Part shown: piece by piece, positions 9,301-17,214 of the stretch
Layout of the letters: each line of letters begins with the position of its first letter
Numbering within the stretch: position 1 is the stretch's first letter
From: Candidatus Omnitrophota bacterium
GTDB lineage: Bacteria > Omnitrophota > Gorgyraeia > Gygaellales > Profunditerraquicolaceae
DNA length: 64,000 nt
Assembly (NCBI GenBank): GCA_026387455.1
Contig: JAPLLR010000043.1
Location: 9,683-73,682, forward strand
Reading direction: 5' to 3'
Made by a program: the position numbers and the translations under genes
The notes under the pieces: model-generated
The model's database searches: none
The model's input: the letters and a program-made list of their open reading frames with translations, nothing else
What the model was told of the DNA's origin: nothing

Positions 9301-10213
9301 AAAGATATATACGGCCGTAACCTTGCCGGAGATCATAAAGATCATTCCCGCGCACCTTGCGGATTTCTACGTGAAAAGAATCACCGCTCTTTTTCTTCAG
9401 GCGCTTCATGTTGAAAATGATCAGCAAGCTTATGAATCGCTTGCGATGGATGCGGGGGCTATTATTTCTCGCTTACAGGAACTCAGCAATTATTGGGATA
9501 TCTATAGGGTTATCTCTACGCTAAAAGAAGATCTTAATGCTTCAGGAGGGCTTGTCTGGAGGAGGCAATTGGCTAAGGAAGCCTTGAAAGGAATAGACAT
9601 ATTTTCTCTGTGCGCTCAGCTAGCAAGTATTCTTGATGAAGTCGCCTTTGATGCCAGCAAGAATGCCTTAGTTATCTCTCTCTTTAAGAAGATGATGCCG
9701 GAAGGGATCCTTTATTTTATTGAGACATTAGAAACAAGGCAATCGAGCACCCTGCTTTTCGAATGGTACCTGCAGAACCTGGAATTACTGGATATACTCA
9801 AGGAATTTAAAACCGAAACCGTGCCTTTCATAGAAATGCTTATTGATTCAGGGGCACAGAAAAGGGTATTGCTTGCTTTAGATATAATGGAAAGGATAAA
9901 TGATGAACAGCAACTTCCTCTTTATGAAAAAGCTATTCAAAGCAATGACCTGGAGATTAAAAGAAATTATTTTCGATCGCTTATTCAGATGAATACAGAA
10001 AGCGCTTTTTCAATGATAAAAAGATTATTTCCCAGACAGGACCCCGAGACACAGCGGGATATTGTCATAGATATGGGGGTGTATGGGAGCAGAAAAGAGA
10101 TGAGTGAGTTTTTGAAAAGCCTGCTTGACCAGAAAATTTATGGGTTAGGCCGAAAAGAAATACTTTTGTACATTGATAAAATTAATACTTGCCTATCTCA
10201 TAAAGGGAAGTAG
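6326..10213 (+). CDS. Large multidomain signalling protein: N-terminal GGDEF domain, P-loop NTPase (AAA_16/STAND-like), and about 850 aa of helical (HEAT/TPR-like) repeats
   Basis: LTGHYNRRGF, DLDHFKDINDTYGH and RYGGDEF motifs in residues 1-170; Walker A GEVGCGKS and Walker B LIIVDNLDWID; long C-terminal helical region. Confidence 0.8.
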   Translation: MIIKDLILVDELTGHYNRRGFRESIGQILSLPHGAAKSFYLILTDLDHFKDINDTYGHLSGDFVLKEFAALLERGLQNTEAVIARYGGDEFVAILKNCNRQNVSVIWDKIRRDVANKEFILPGSKQSLRLTMSIGIVEFPQDGLTQEELLAKADEALYSSKRLGKNKLTFANEILVQTKEEKRIQKNIAEPPFVDRANELAEIQKFIFGGKSYKLIIINGEVGCGKSRMLQEVSIRAKARNLKTFFLVCGEQQKEKPYSLLEDIIGSLVYEHVEICQKAVFDLPPKLKTALSALPKLKRLFVPHLHVTHWDAEVRLNLFHGLADLCESIFTQINPLIIVDNLDWIDAASSEILSFIILSKKQTPFVLLGSTSRPASKTHDSDSALDALLSEISEFEIVPHIALPFFNQAETEEVVKGIFSGHDIPEKFTSEFFGATEGNPFFIVELIQYLWDRKNIYLQYPHWIFQIDTSRLPRDLRELLISKLQNLGAEEKELLLAVSGIGSNLKFDFLSKLKKINHGHLQDILSRISEKNILKLGENQVEDEVFFNNDSLRSVLYESIDTEKKKKIHLDIATTLEHEFKNNTEEISSELAFHFNKANLEAKTKNYAQQAVVYIENLFSNAEAEKVIENAINDREEKERHEPIKKDTWPLIMEIISSFNSAIKSMQMYQMPNEITTKMVYSLARCLEEFFTAYHILTFSCPSGDIKLLINGQELHLPSHSEDMFTKTILAIMNMANIGSITFHRTVSANEIKAFIGLLSNPKLSMEKKEQWKKILLDYKINAINIDEVLYKKVYSEEEKRQLHKEFIKEFMIKRAIGEAVPLPKEGGAKVGDEKEETKVIKKIKVFDEAETDLFAKTISHFSPDVLVEVITDEYRRHITAILDIREMVKVCLKDSQQKETIAVKLKDALIKLGMSDVCFAWLIDSHDFLHYPVIKRANTYLNADSGTILAMGVIENLKPTLNELFVINESALAEQILDKYLLNLQSSELEAKIYTAVTLPEIIKIIPAHLADFYVKRITALFLQALHVENDQQAYESLAMDAGAIISRLQELSNYWDIYRVISTLKEDLNASGGLVWRRQLAKEALKGIDIFSLCAQLASILDEVAFDASKNALVISLFKKMMPEGILYFIETLETRQSSTLLFEWYLQNLELLDILKEFKTETVPFIEMLIDSGAQKRVLLALDIMERINDEQQLPLYEKAIQSNDLEIKRNYFRSLIQMNTESAFSMIKRLFPRQDPETQRDIVIDMGVYGSRKEMSEFLKSLLDQKIYGLGRKEILLYIDKINTCLSHKGK

Positions 10214-10223
10214 GGGAGATGGA

Positions 10224-10865
10224 ATGATGAAAAAAACGATTCCTATTATGATTGCGGCGATGCTGTTGACAGTAACGGCATTTGCACAAGAGGCAAAGAC
10301 TATTCAGTTACCCAAGCCGAATATGAGCGGCGGGAAACCCCTAATGCAAGCGCTTAAAGAGCGCAAAAGTGTCCGTGAATTCAGCTCTAAGGAACTTACG
10401 CCGCAGGTTTTGTCGGACATGCTCTGGGCGGCAAACGGGATCAATCGTCCTGAGTTAGGATATCGCACCGCTCCCAGCGCCCATAACGCGCAGGAGATCG
10501 ATATCTATGCCGTGTTATCAGACGGGTTGTATTTATTTGATGCTTTGGCGCATGAGCTAAAGTTGATCGCGTCGGGAGACCTACGCGGCCTTACAGGTAA
10601 ACAGCCTTTTGTTAAAGAGGCAGCGGTTAATTTGATCTATGTCGCAACACTTTCTAAATTGGGAAACGCGTCCAGCGAAGACGCGGCTTTTTATGCGGCT
10701 ACTGATGCAGGATTTGTCAGCGAAAACGTGTATTTGTATTGTGCTTCAGCAGGTTTAGCTACTGTCGTGCGGGGGTGGGTGGATAAGACAGCTTTGGGAA
10801 AAGTGATGAAGCTAAGGCCAGATCAAAAGGTGATCCTTGCGCAAACCGTAGGCTATCCGAAATAA
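10224..10865 (+). CDS. Secreted SagB-type nitroreductase-family protein
   Basis: Signal peptide MMKKTIPIMIAAMLLTVTAFA; KSVREFSSKELTPQVLSDMLWAANGINRPE...APSAHNAQEID as in SagB/ThcOx-type dehydrogenases. Start moved to the ATG at 10224, which has an SD GGGGAGATGG (the ORF track starts at 10173, inside the previous gene). Confidence 0.7.
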   Translation: MMKKTIPIMIAAMLLTVTAFAQEAKTIQLPKPNMSGGKPLMQALKERKSVREFSSKELTPQVLSDMLWAANGINRPELGYRTAPSAHNAQEIDIYAVLSDGLYLFDALAHELKLIASGDLRGLTGKQPFVKEAAVNLIYVATLSKLGNASSEDAAFYAATDAGFVSENVYLYCASAGLATVVRGWVDKTALGKVMKLRPDQKVILAQTVGYPK

Positions 10866-10869
10866 AATC

Positions 10870-11280
10870 ATGGTGAATCTGGATAAAGAAAAATCATTGC
10901 ATGAGTTGATGATCCGCCTCGGGGTGCGCGAAGAGGATATAGAAGAAAAGTTTATCCGCTCCCAGGGGCCAGGCGGGATGAACGTTAACAAGGTTTCGAC
11001 CTGCGTGTATTTGCGGCATCTGCCAACCGGCATAGAGGTCAAATGCCAGCAGGAGCGCTCGCAGGCACAGAACCGATTTCTAGCCAGGCGGATTTTGTTG
11101 AGCAAGATTGAATCCAGTATTTTGGGCAGGCTTTCCGCGGAAAGAATGCGCATCGAGAAGATCCGCCGGCAGAAGCGCAGGAGATCCCGCCGGGCCAAGC
11201 TGAAAATCTTAGAGGCAAAGCGCCGGCATTCTCAGAAAAAATCTCTTCGCACCAGGGTGCGGCAGGGGGAAGATCAGTGA
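10870..11280 (+). CDS. ArfB-like RF-1 domain protein with GGM in place of the catalytic GGQ
   Basis: IRSQGPGGMNVNKVSTCVYLRH aligns with ArfB/YaeJ [22 protein letters not shown]; the basic C-terminal tail is as in ArfB; the codon is ATG, not CAG/CAA. Confidence 0.7.
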   Translation: MVNLDKEKSLHELMIRLGVREEDIEEKFIRSQGPGGMNVNKVSTCVYLRHLPTGIEVKCQQERSQAQNRFLARRILLSKIESSILGRLSAERMRIEKIRRQKRRRSRRAKLKILEAKRRHSQKKSLRTRVRQGEDQ

Positions 11281-11300
11281 TCTGCGCGTTAAATTGCTCT

Positions 11301-11329
11301 TGACTGATGGAGCTTGGCCGAATACAATA
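11301..11329 (+). promoter_or_regulatory. Sigma70-like promoter (TTGACT - 17 nt - TACAAT)
   Basis: Hexamers read from the sequence; lies about 200 nt upstream of carB. Confidence 0.4.
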
Positions 11330-11469
11330 GTACAAACATTAAAATCAGTTACAAAGGCTTGGGCTTAATGCTTCTAGCGGTAAAATCACACCAGAAATAT
11401 TTTAGGCAACTCTTGAGAATTTAGAGGGTTGCTTATTTTTTTACCCTAGCCTGCTTAAAATTTAATAAT

Positions 11470-11520
11470 ACACCCAACTTTATAGGAGAAGTTGGTGTTC
11501 CGCTTCCTGCGGAAGGAGGT
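11470..11520 (+). promoter_or_regulatory. Conserved two-hairpin 5' leader motif ending in GCGGAAGGAGGT, 5 nt before the carB ATG
   Basis: Near-identical to 23890-23940; hairpin 1 is CAACTT/AAGTTG here versus CTGGC/GCCAG in the other copy (covariation); hairpin 2 is TTCCGC-TTCCT-GCGGAA overlapping the SD. Confidence 0.55.
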
Positions 11521-11525
11521 TACTC

Positions 11526-14500
11526 ATGCCAAGACGTACAGACATCAAAAAAGTCATCATCATCGGCTCAGGCCCCATTATCATCGGGCAGGCCTGCGAA
11601 TTCGATTATTCCGGCACCCAGGCTTGTAAAGCGCTGCGTGAGGAGGGGTATGAGATCGTGTTGGTGAACTCTAACCCCGCGACTATCATGACCGATCCCG
11701 GTATGGCGGATAATACCTATATAGAGCCGCTTACCGTTGAGAGCCTGACCAAGATAATTGAGAAAGAGCGGCCGGATGCGCTGTTGCCTAATTTGGGAGG
11801 ACAGACCGGATTGAACCTGTCTTCTGCTTTGCATAAGTTAGGAGTATTGGATAAATTCGGGGTCAAGATCATCGGCGTAAAAGCTGACGCTATTGAAAGA
11901 GGTGAAGACCGCGATGCGTTCAAGGACACCATGAAAAAACTGGGCATCCCTGTGCCGCGCTCGCAGACCTGCAATACTTTAGTGGAGGCCCAGAAGGCGG
12001 CGCAGGAACTGGGCTATCCGGTGGTTATCCGTCCGGCATATACGATGGGCGGGACTGGCGGAGGTATCGCTTATAATAACGAAGATTTTTTTACTCTTGT
12101 AAATCGCGGTCTTAACGCTAGCATTATACATCAGGTGCTAATCGAAGAAGCGGTCATCGGCTGGGAGGAGCTGGAGCTTGAGGTGGTGCGCGACGAGAAG
12201 AATCAGAAGATTACCGTCTGTTTTATCGAGAATATCGACGCTATGGGTGTGCATACCGGAGATAGCTTCTGTGTTGCTCCTATGCAAACCGTCCCCCAGG
12301 AGCTGCAGAAAAGACTGCAGGATTATTCCTATAAAATTGTGGATGCCATTGGTGTGGTGGGGGGGACAAATATCCAGTTCGCGCACAATTTAAAAGACGA
12401 CCGCATAGTGGCTATAGAAATAAATCCCCGCACCTCGCGTTCTTCTGCTTTGGCTTCTAAGGCTACGGGTTTTCCTATCGCTCGCGTTTCTACAAAATTA
12501 GCCGCGGGTCTTACTCTCGATGAAATGCCTTATTGGAGAAAAGGGACATTAGAGAAATACGAGCCGTGGGGTGAGTATGTAGTGATCAAATTCGCGCGCT
12601 GGGCTTTTGAGAAATTTCGCCAGGCAAAAGATATCCTGGGCACGCAGATGAAGGCAGTGGGCGAAGTAATGAGTATTTCTAAGTCATTCAAGGAAGCGTT
12701 TCAGAAATCTATCCGCTCGCTTGAGACCGGAAGATACGGTTTGGGGTTTGCCAAAGATTTTAACAGTCTGTCTTTGGAAGAACTAAAGTCCCGGCTGGTA
12801 ACTCCATCCAGCGAGCGCGTATTCTTGGTGTATGAGGCGCTGCGCAAGGGCGCAACCGTAGAGGAGCTTTACGCACTCACCTTTATCGGCAGATGGTTTA
12901 TTAAAGAAATGAAAGAGATGGTTGAATTTGAACAGGATATGCTTGCCACCGGATGGCAGGGGCTGTCGGATGCGAGTTTGCGTAAAGCCAAGGAGTGGGG
13001 CTTCAGCGACAGGTACCTGGCCAAGATATTTAAGGTAAAAGAGGCGGATGTGCGCGGCCGCAGGAAGAAGCTGATGGGCAACGCTCGTTTTGAGCCTGTG
13101 CCGGTTAGCGGTGTGAAAGACGCCGCGTATTATTATTCCACTTATACTCCGGGCGAGGACCTGGTTTCAGTTTCCGGTAATAAAAAAATATTGATCTTGG
13201 GCGGTGGGCCGAATCGTATCGGACAGGGTATTGAGTTTGATTATACCTGTGTGCATGCGGCTTTTGCTCTGCGCGATGCGGGGTTGGAAACCATCATGAT
13301 CAACTGTAACCCTGAGACAGTCTCAACTGATTATGATACGTCAAATAAGCTTTATTTTGAGCCATTGACGGTTGAGGATGTCCTGGCGATATGGGAAAAG
13401 GAAAAACCGGTCGGTGCGATCGTGCAGTTTGGCGGTCAGACGCCTTTGAATATCGCCGCGGAATTGGAGAAGAACGGAGTGAAGATCATCGGCACAAGCA
13501 CTAAATCAATCGCTTTTGCTGAGGATCGCGAGTTATTCAGACAGAAGATGATAGCGCTGGGCATCCGACAGACCGAAGGCGGCACGGCGGGCTCCCTGGA
13601 TGAGGCGATTGCTATTGCCGGTAGAATTGGCTATCCGGCGATGGTCAGGCCTTCGTTTGTTTTGGGCGGCCGCGGTATGGAAGTGATTTACGACGAAAAG
13701 ATGCTTATTAAATACGCCAAAGAGGCGATACAGGTCTCACCTGAGTATCCTATGTTGATCGACCGTTTTCTGGATAATGCTATTGAATGCGAGGTGGATG
13801 CGCTTTGTGACGGCAAAGATACATTTGTGGCCGCGGTGATGGAGCATATCGAGCACGCAGGTATCCACTCCGGGGATTCCGCTTGCACTATTCCTTCGCG
13901 CAGCATTAAGCAAGAGCACTTGAAGACTATTGACGAGTGGACGAAAAAAATCGCCGTGGAATTAAAAGTGGTAGGCTTGATCAATATTCAATACGCTATT
14001 TGCGATGACCAGGTTTATATCTTGGAGGCTAACCCGCGAGCTTCCCGTACGGTGCCGTTGGTAGCTAAAACCATGGGCATTCCGTTGGCGCGTATTGCCA
14101 CCCAGCTTATACTGGGCAAAAAGATCAGCGACTTTACGGAGCTGATTTCGCGTAAGATTCCATATGTCACGGTTAAAGAAGCGGTGTTTCCTTTTAACAT
14201 GTTCCCGGAGGTCGATCCGGTTTTGGGCCCCGAGATGCGGGCAACCGGAGAGGTGATGGGAATCGGCGATGATTTCGGGGTGGCGTTTTACAAGGCCCAG
14301 GAGTCAGTGGGCACTAAGCTTCCCCTTGAGGGAAATGTTTTGATCACCGTAGCGGACAAGGATAAGCAGAATCTTTTTCCGATAGCCTCAAAGCTTGTGC
14401 AATTGGGATTTAAGATCTTTACAACGGAAAACACTCATAGATATTTGAAAGAAAAGGGTGTGGATTCTACTTTGATCAAAAAACTGCACGAGGGCAGGCC

Positions 14501-14762
14501 GAATATTGCCGATACCATAAAGAATAAGGAGATCAACCTGATTATCAATACCCCTATCGGCAGGATGAGCGTTCATGACGATAGCTATATTCGTATGCTT
14601 GCTATCCAGCATAAGATCCCCTACGTGACTACTATGGCCGCGGCACGGGCAACGGTAGACGGGATCGATTCAGTGAAGAAAAAGCATGATTTGCCCAAAT
14701 CGCTGCAGGAATATCACAAGATGCTAGAAGTTAAAGATGAGCGTAAGGTCCCCGCTAAATAA
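11526..14762 (+). CDS. carB: Carbamoyl-phosphate synthase large subunit
   Basis: 1078 aa; duplicated ATP-grasp halves ([22 protein letters not shown] ... [22 protein letters not shown]), oligomerisation domain and MGS-like C-terminus. Confidence 0.97.
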   Translation: MPRRTDIKKVIIIGSGPIIIGQACEFDYSGTQACKALREEGYEIVLVNSNPATIMTDPGMADNTYIEPLTVESLTKIIEKERPDALLPNLGGQTGLNLSSALHKLGVLDKFGVKIIGVKADAIERGEDRDAFKDTMKKLGIPVPRSQTCNTLVEAQKAAQELGYPVVIRPAYTMGGTGGGIAYNNEDFFTLVNRGLNASIIHQVLIEEAVIGWEELELEVVRDEKNQKITVCFIENIDAMGVHTGDSFCVAPMQTVPQELQKRLQDYSYKIVDAIGVVGGTNIQFAHNLKDDRIVAIEINPRTSRSSALASKATGFPIARVSTKLAAGLTLDEMPYWRKGTLEKYEPWGEYVVIKFARWAFEKFRQAKDILGTQMKAVGEVMSISKSFKEAFQKSIRSLETGRYGLGFAKDFNSLSLEELKSRLVTPSSERVFLVYEALRKGATVEELYALTFIGRWFIKEMKEMVEFEQDMLATGWQGLSDASLRKAKEWGFSDRYLAKIFKVKEADVRGRRKKLMGNARFEPVPVSGVKDAAYYYSTYTPGEDLVSVSGNKKILILGGGPNRIGQGIEFDYTCVHAAFALRDAGLETIMINCNPETVSTDYDTSNKLYFEPLTVEDVLAIWEKEKPVGAIVQFGGQTPLNIAAELEKNGVKIIGTSTKSIAFAEDRELFRQKMIALGIRQTEGGTAGSLDEAIAIAGRIGYPAMVRPSFVLGGRGMEVIYDEKMLIKYAKEAIQVSPEYPMLIDRFLDNAIECEVDALCDGKDTFVAAVMEHIEHAGIHSGDSACTIPSRSIKQEHLKTIDEWTKKIAVELKVVGLINIQYAICDDQVYILEANPRASRTVPLVAKTMGIPLARIATQLILGKKISDFTELISRKIPYVTVKEAVFPFNMFPEVDPVLGPEMRATGEVMGIGDDFGVAFYKAQESVGTKLPLEGNVLITVADKDKQNLFPIASKLVQLGFKIFTTENTHRYLKEKGVDSTLIKKLHEGRPNIADTIKNKEINLIINTPIGRMSVHDDSYIRMLAIQHKIPYVTTMAAARATVDGIDSVKKKHDLPKSLQEYHKMLEVKDERKVPAK

Positions 14763-14764
14763 AG

Positions 14765-15805
14765 ATGCCAAAAACTAAAATAATCTGCACCTTGGGTCCT
14801 GCGTCAGGCAGGGCAGGCGTATTGTTTGAGATGATGCGCTGCGGCATGGATGTGGTAAGATTAAATTTCTCTCATGGAAGTTTTGAGGAGCACCTTGAGA
14901 AGATTAATATCGTGAGGAGGTTAAATAAGAAATATCGGCGGCACATAAGGATATTGGGAGATTTAGAAGGCTACCGTATCAGGATAGGCAGGTTTAAAGA
15001 AGGCAAGCCTATCGAGGTCAGGAAAAGGCAAGCGCTCTGGCTCACCCAGAAAAATATCTTAGGAGAAGGAAGCATTATTCCTTTTGATTACGCAGGTTCG
15101 CTGGCATTCATCAAAAGAGGGCAGCATATTTACATTGATGACGGGAATATTGCTCTTATCGTGGAAGGGCGGGAAAAGAAGGGTTTAAAGGTTAAGGTAG
15201 TAGTTCCGGGCCTGATCAAGGAGCGTAAGGGAATCAATATGCCCGGGGTAAATTTTAGTTTTAAAGGACTGACGCTAAAAGACAAGGAAGGCCTTGATTT
15301 TTGCATGGAGCGGAAACTCGATTATATCGCTCAGTCTTTCGTGAGAGATAAGGATGATATTCAGGCTATCAAAAGATGTATCGGAGATTACGTACATAAA
15401 CCTAAGATAATCGCTAAGATTGAAAATAGGGATGGTATAAGAAATATCGATGAGATAATTGGGGCCTGCGATGGGATTATGATCGCAAGGGGAGATATGG
15501 GAGTCTCACTGCCTATATATGAGGTGCCTTTGATACAGAAGTCGATAATTAGAAAATGTAACCGGGCGAAGAAGTTCGTGATCACCGCCACGCAGATGCT
15601 GGAGAGTATGACCGAAAATCTCAGGCCCACCAGGGCGGAGGTTTCAGATGTGGCCAATGCCATTATTGACGGGTCGGATTATGTGATGCTTTCAGCTGAG
15701 ACCGCGGTAGGTGCCCATCCTGCGCAGTGCGTGGATATGATGAATAAAATAATTAAGTTTACAGAGAGGGGTTATTCGCATGCTGGCAAAGATGATCAAG
15801 CATAA
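14765..15805 (+). CDS. pyk: Pyruvate kinase, short form (barrel domains only, C-terminal regulatory domain absent)
   Basis: [12 protein letters not shown]...[17 protein letters not shown] and the typical MLESM motif; only 346 aa versus roughly 470 for canonical PK. Confidence 0.75.
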   Translation: MPKTKIICTLGPASGRAGVLFEMMRCGMDVVRLNFSHGSFEEHLEKINIVRRLNKKYRRHIRILGDLEGYRIRIGRFKEGKPIEVRKRQALWLTQKNILGEGSIIPFDYAGSLAFIKRGQHIYIDDGNIALIVEGREKKGLKVKVVVPGLIKERKGINMPGVNFSFKGLTLKDKEGLDFCMERKLDYIAQSFVRDKDDIQAIKRCIGDYVHKPKIIAKIENRDGIRNIDEIIGACDGIMIARGDMGVSLPIYEVPLIQKSIIRKCNRAKKFVITATQMLESMTENLRPTRAEVSDVANAIIDGSDYVMLSAETAVGAHPAQCVDMMNKIIKFTERGYSHAGKDDQA

Positions 15806-15903
15806 ATATTTCTTTCATGCGGTGGCTTTATTGGTTATAATAATCGTATCATTATTCTTTATTATATTCAGCGGGACTTCTAATTAAGTAGAAGGGGGGC
15901 AAT

Positions 15904-16092
15904 ATGAAGGCAAAGGCTATAGTTTTACTCGCGCTTGGTGTTCTGGGAGCAATATTCGTCTGCACTTTTGATATTCTTACCGGAAAGCCGGTAAACGACA
16001 TCTCAGGGCCGAAATCCATATTAGCGTTAGTTTTCTGCGTCATATTGGTATTGCTTGGCGTACGCCTCCTATTGAAAAAGAAAAGTAAATAA
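15904..16092 (+). CDS. Small membrane protein (two TM helices)
   Basis: 62 aa, two hydrophobic helices, SD GAAGGGGGG upstream. Confidence 0.45.
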   Translation: MKAKAIVLLALGVLGAIFVCTFDILTGKPVNDISGPKSILALVFCVILVLLGVRLLLKKKSK

Positions 16093-16098
16093 CCGCAA

Positions 16099-16713
16099 AT
16101 GGATAGTTTAAGCGGACTCATTCGCTTGACCGAGAGGGATATAGCGCGGGCGAGTGAGGTCTTGGCTCGGGCGTTTATTCTTGACCCGATGGTCACTTAT
16201 ATTTTTTCGCAGGAGAAAGAGGCAGAGAGGAATCTGTCTCTTCTTTTTGAAGTGATGGTGCGTTATGGCCTTAGGTATGGAGAGGTCTATGCTCCTTCTG
16301 GCAACATTGAGGGTATAGCTATATGGCTGACTTCCGAGAACTCCGAAATGTCGATGCCGAAGATGCTGGAGTGCGGATTTGGGGATTTCAGTTCTCAGGT
16401 TTCGCCAGAATACGTGGAACGGCTTATATATTTTAACGATTTTGCTTTTGAGAAAAACAAAAAGTACGCTCCCTTTCGGCACTGGTACCTGGCTTTTATC
16501 GGAGTGGACCCGGATTTTCACGGCAAGGGTTTTGCCAGCGCGTTGATTAAGCCCATGCTTGCCAGGATTAGTAAAGAGAAAATGTCTTGCTATCTTGAGA
16601 CCACCATTATTAAGAACGCCGCGATGTATGAGCATTTCGGCTTCGAGCTTAAGGAAGAAGCCATTATTCCTGATACGGACGTCATGCTTTTTGCCATGCT
16701 AAAGGAGAAATAA
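16099..16713 (+). CDS. GNAT-family N-acetyltransferase
   Basis: Acetyl-CoA-binding region HGKGFASALIKPML and the overall length fit GNAT. Confidence 0.65.
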   Translation: MDSLSGLIRLTERDIARASEVLARAFILDPMVTYIFSQEKEAERNLSLLFEVMVRYGLRYGEVYAPSGNIEGIAIWLTSENSEMSMPKMLECGFGDFSSQVSPEYVERLIYFNDFAFEKNKKYAPFRHWYLAFIGVDPDFHGKGFASALIKPMLARISKEKMSCYLETTIIKNAAMYEHFGFELKEEAIIPDTDVMLFAMLKEK

Positions 16714-16715
16714 AC

Positions 16716-17210
16716 ATGCCAAATTTTTCGTTTGATGTAGTCTCCGAGGTTGACTTGCAGGAGATGGACAATGCCGTGAATCAGGCGAGTAAGGAGCTGG
16801 CTCAGAGATATGATTTTAAGGGCAGCAAATCCTCGATCGCCTATGACCGCACGGAAAAGCTGGTCACCCTGATAGCCGATGACGATTTTAAACTGCGCGC
16901 CCTTACTGATATGTTGGTCGGCCGCATGGCTAAAAGAGGCATATCCGTTAAGTCCCTTAAATTCAATGATCCGGAAAAGGCTTTTGAAGGGTACCTGCGT
17001 CAGAAAATCGAGATCTGTATGGGTATTGACAAGGAAAACGCCAAAAAGCTTACCGGCATTATAAAAGAGCTGGGCCTGAAAGCGCAGGCTCAGATCGAGG
17101 GAGAAAAGATCAAGGTCTCTTCCGCGAAAAAGGATGATTTGCAGGCAGTGATCGCGCATCTAAGGGCTCTGGAGTTTCCTATACCGCTCAGTTTCTGTAA
17201 TTACCGCTAG
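16716..17210 (+). CDS. yajQ: YajQ-family (UPF0234) nucleotide / c-di-GMP-binding protein
   Basis: MPNFSFDVVSEVDLQEMDNAVNQASKELAQRYDFKGS is the characteristic YajQ N-terminus; 164 aa. Confidence 0.85.
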   Translation: MPNFSFDVVSEVDLQEMDNAVNQASKELAQRYDFKGSKSSIAYDRTEKLVTLIADDDFKLRALTDMLVGRMAKRGISVKSLKFNDPEKAFEGYLRQKIEICMGIDKENAKKLTGIIKELGLKAQAQIEGEKIKVSSAKKDDLQAVIAHLRALEFPIPLSFCNYR

Positions 17211-17214
17211 AGCG

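Noticed and set aside
10173-10223. Upstream extension of the SagB-type nitroreductase ORF overlapping the end of the giant gene
   Set aside because: The extension has no SD and adds residues before a textbook signal peptide; the ATG at 10224 with an SD is the better start
11281-11525. PyrR-binding attenuator upstream of carB
   Set aside because: Could not find the conserved PyrR binding-loop consensus; reported only as a generic leader
12178-12393. 71-aa + strand ORF in an alternative frame within carB
   Set aside because: Entirely nested in carB, which has unambiguous conserved motifs
16108-17159. Minus-strand ORFs of 175 and 189 aa (16108-16635, 16590-17159) opposite the GNAT and yajQ genes
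   Set aside because: They lie entirely inside well-supported + strand genes with recognisable motifs; their products are low-complexity with no motifs. Shadow ORFs. The same reasoning applies to the other long minus-strand ORFs (for example 5812-6192, 19594-19893, 37067-37483, 38024-38419, 43196-43573, 43847-44266, 49795-50259, 54136-54633, 54992-55423, 60920-61396)
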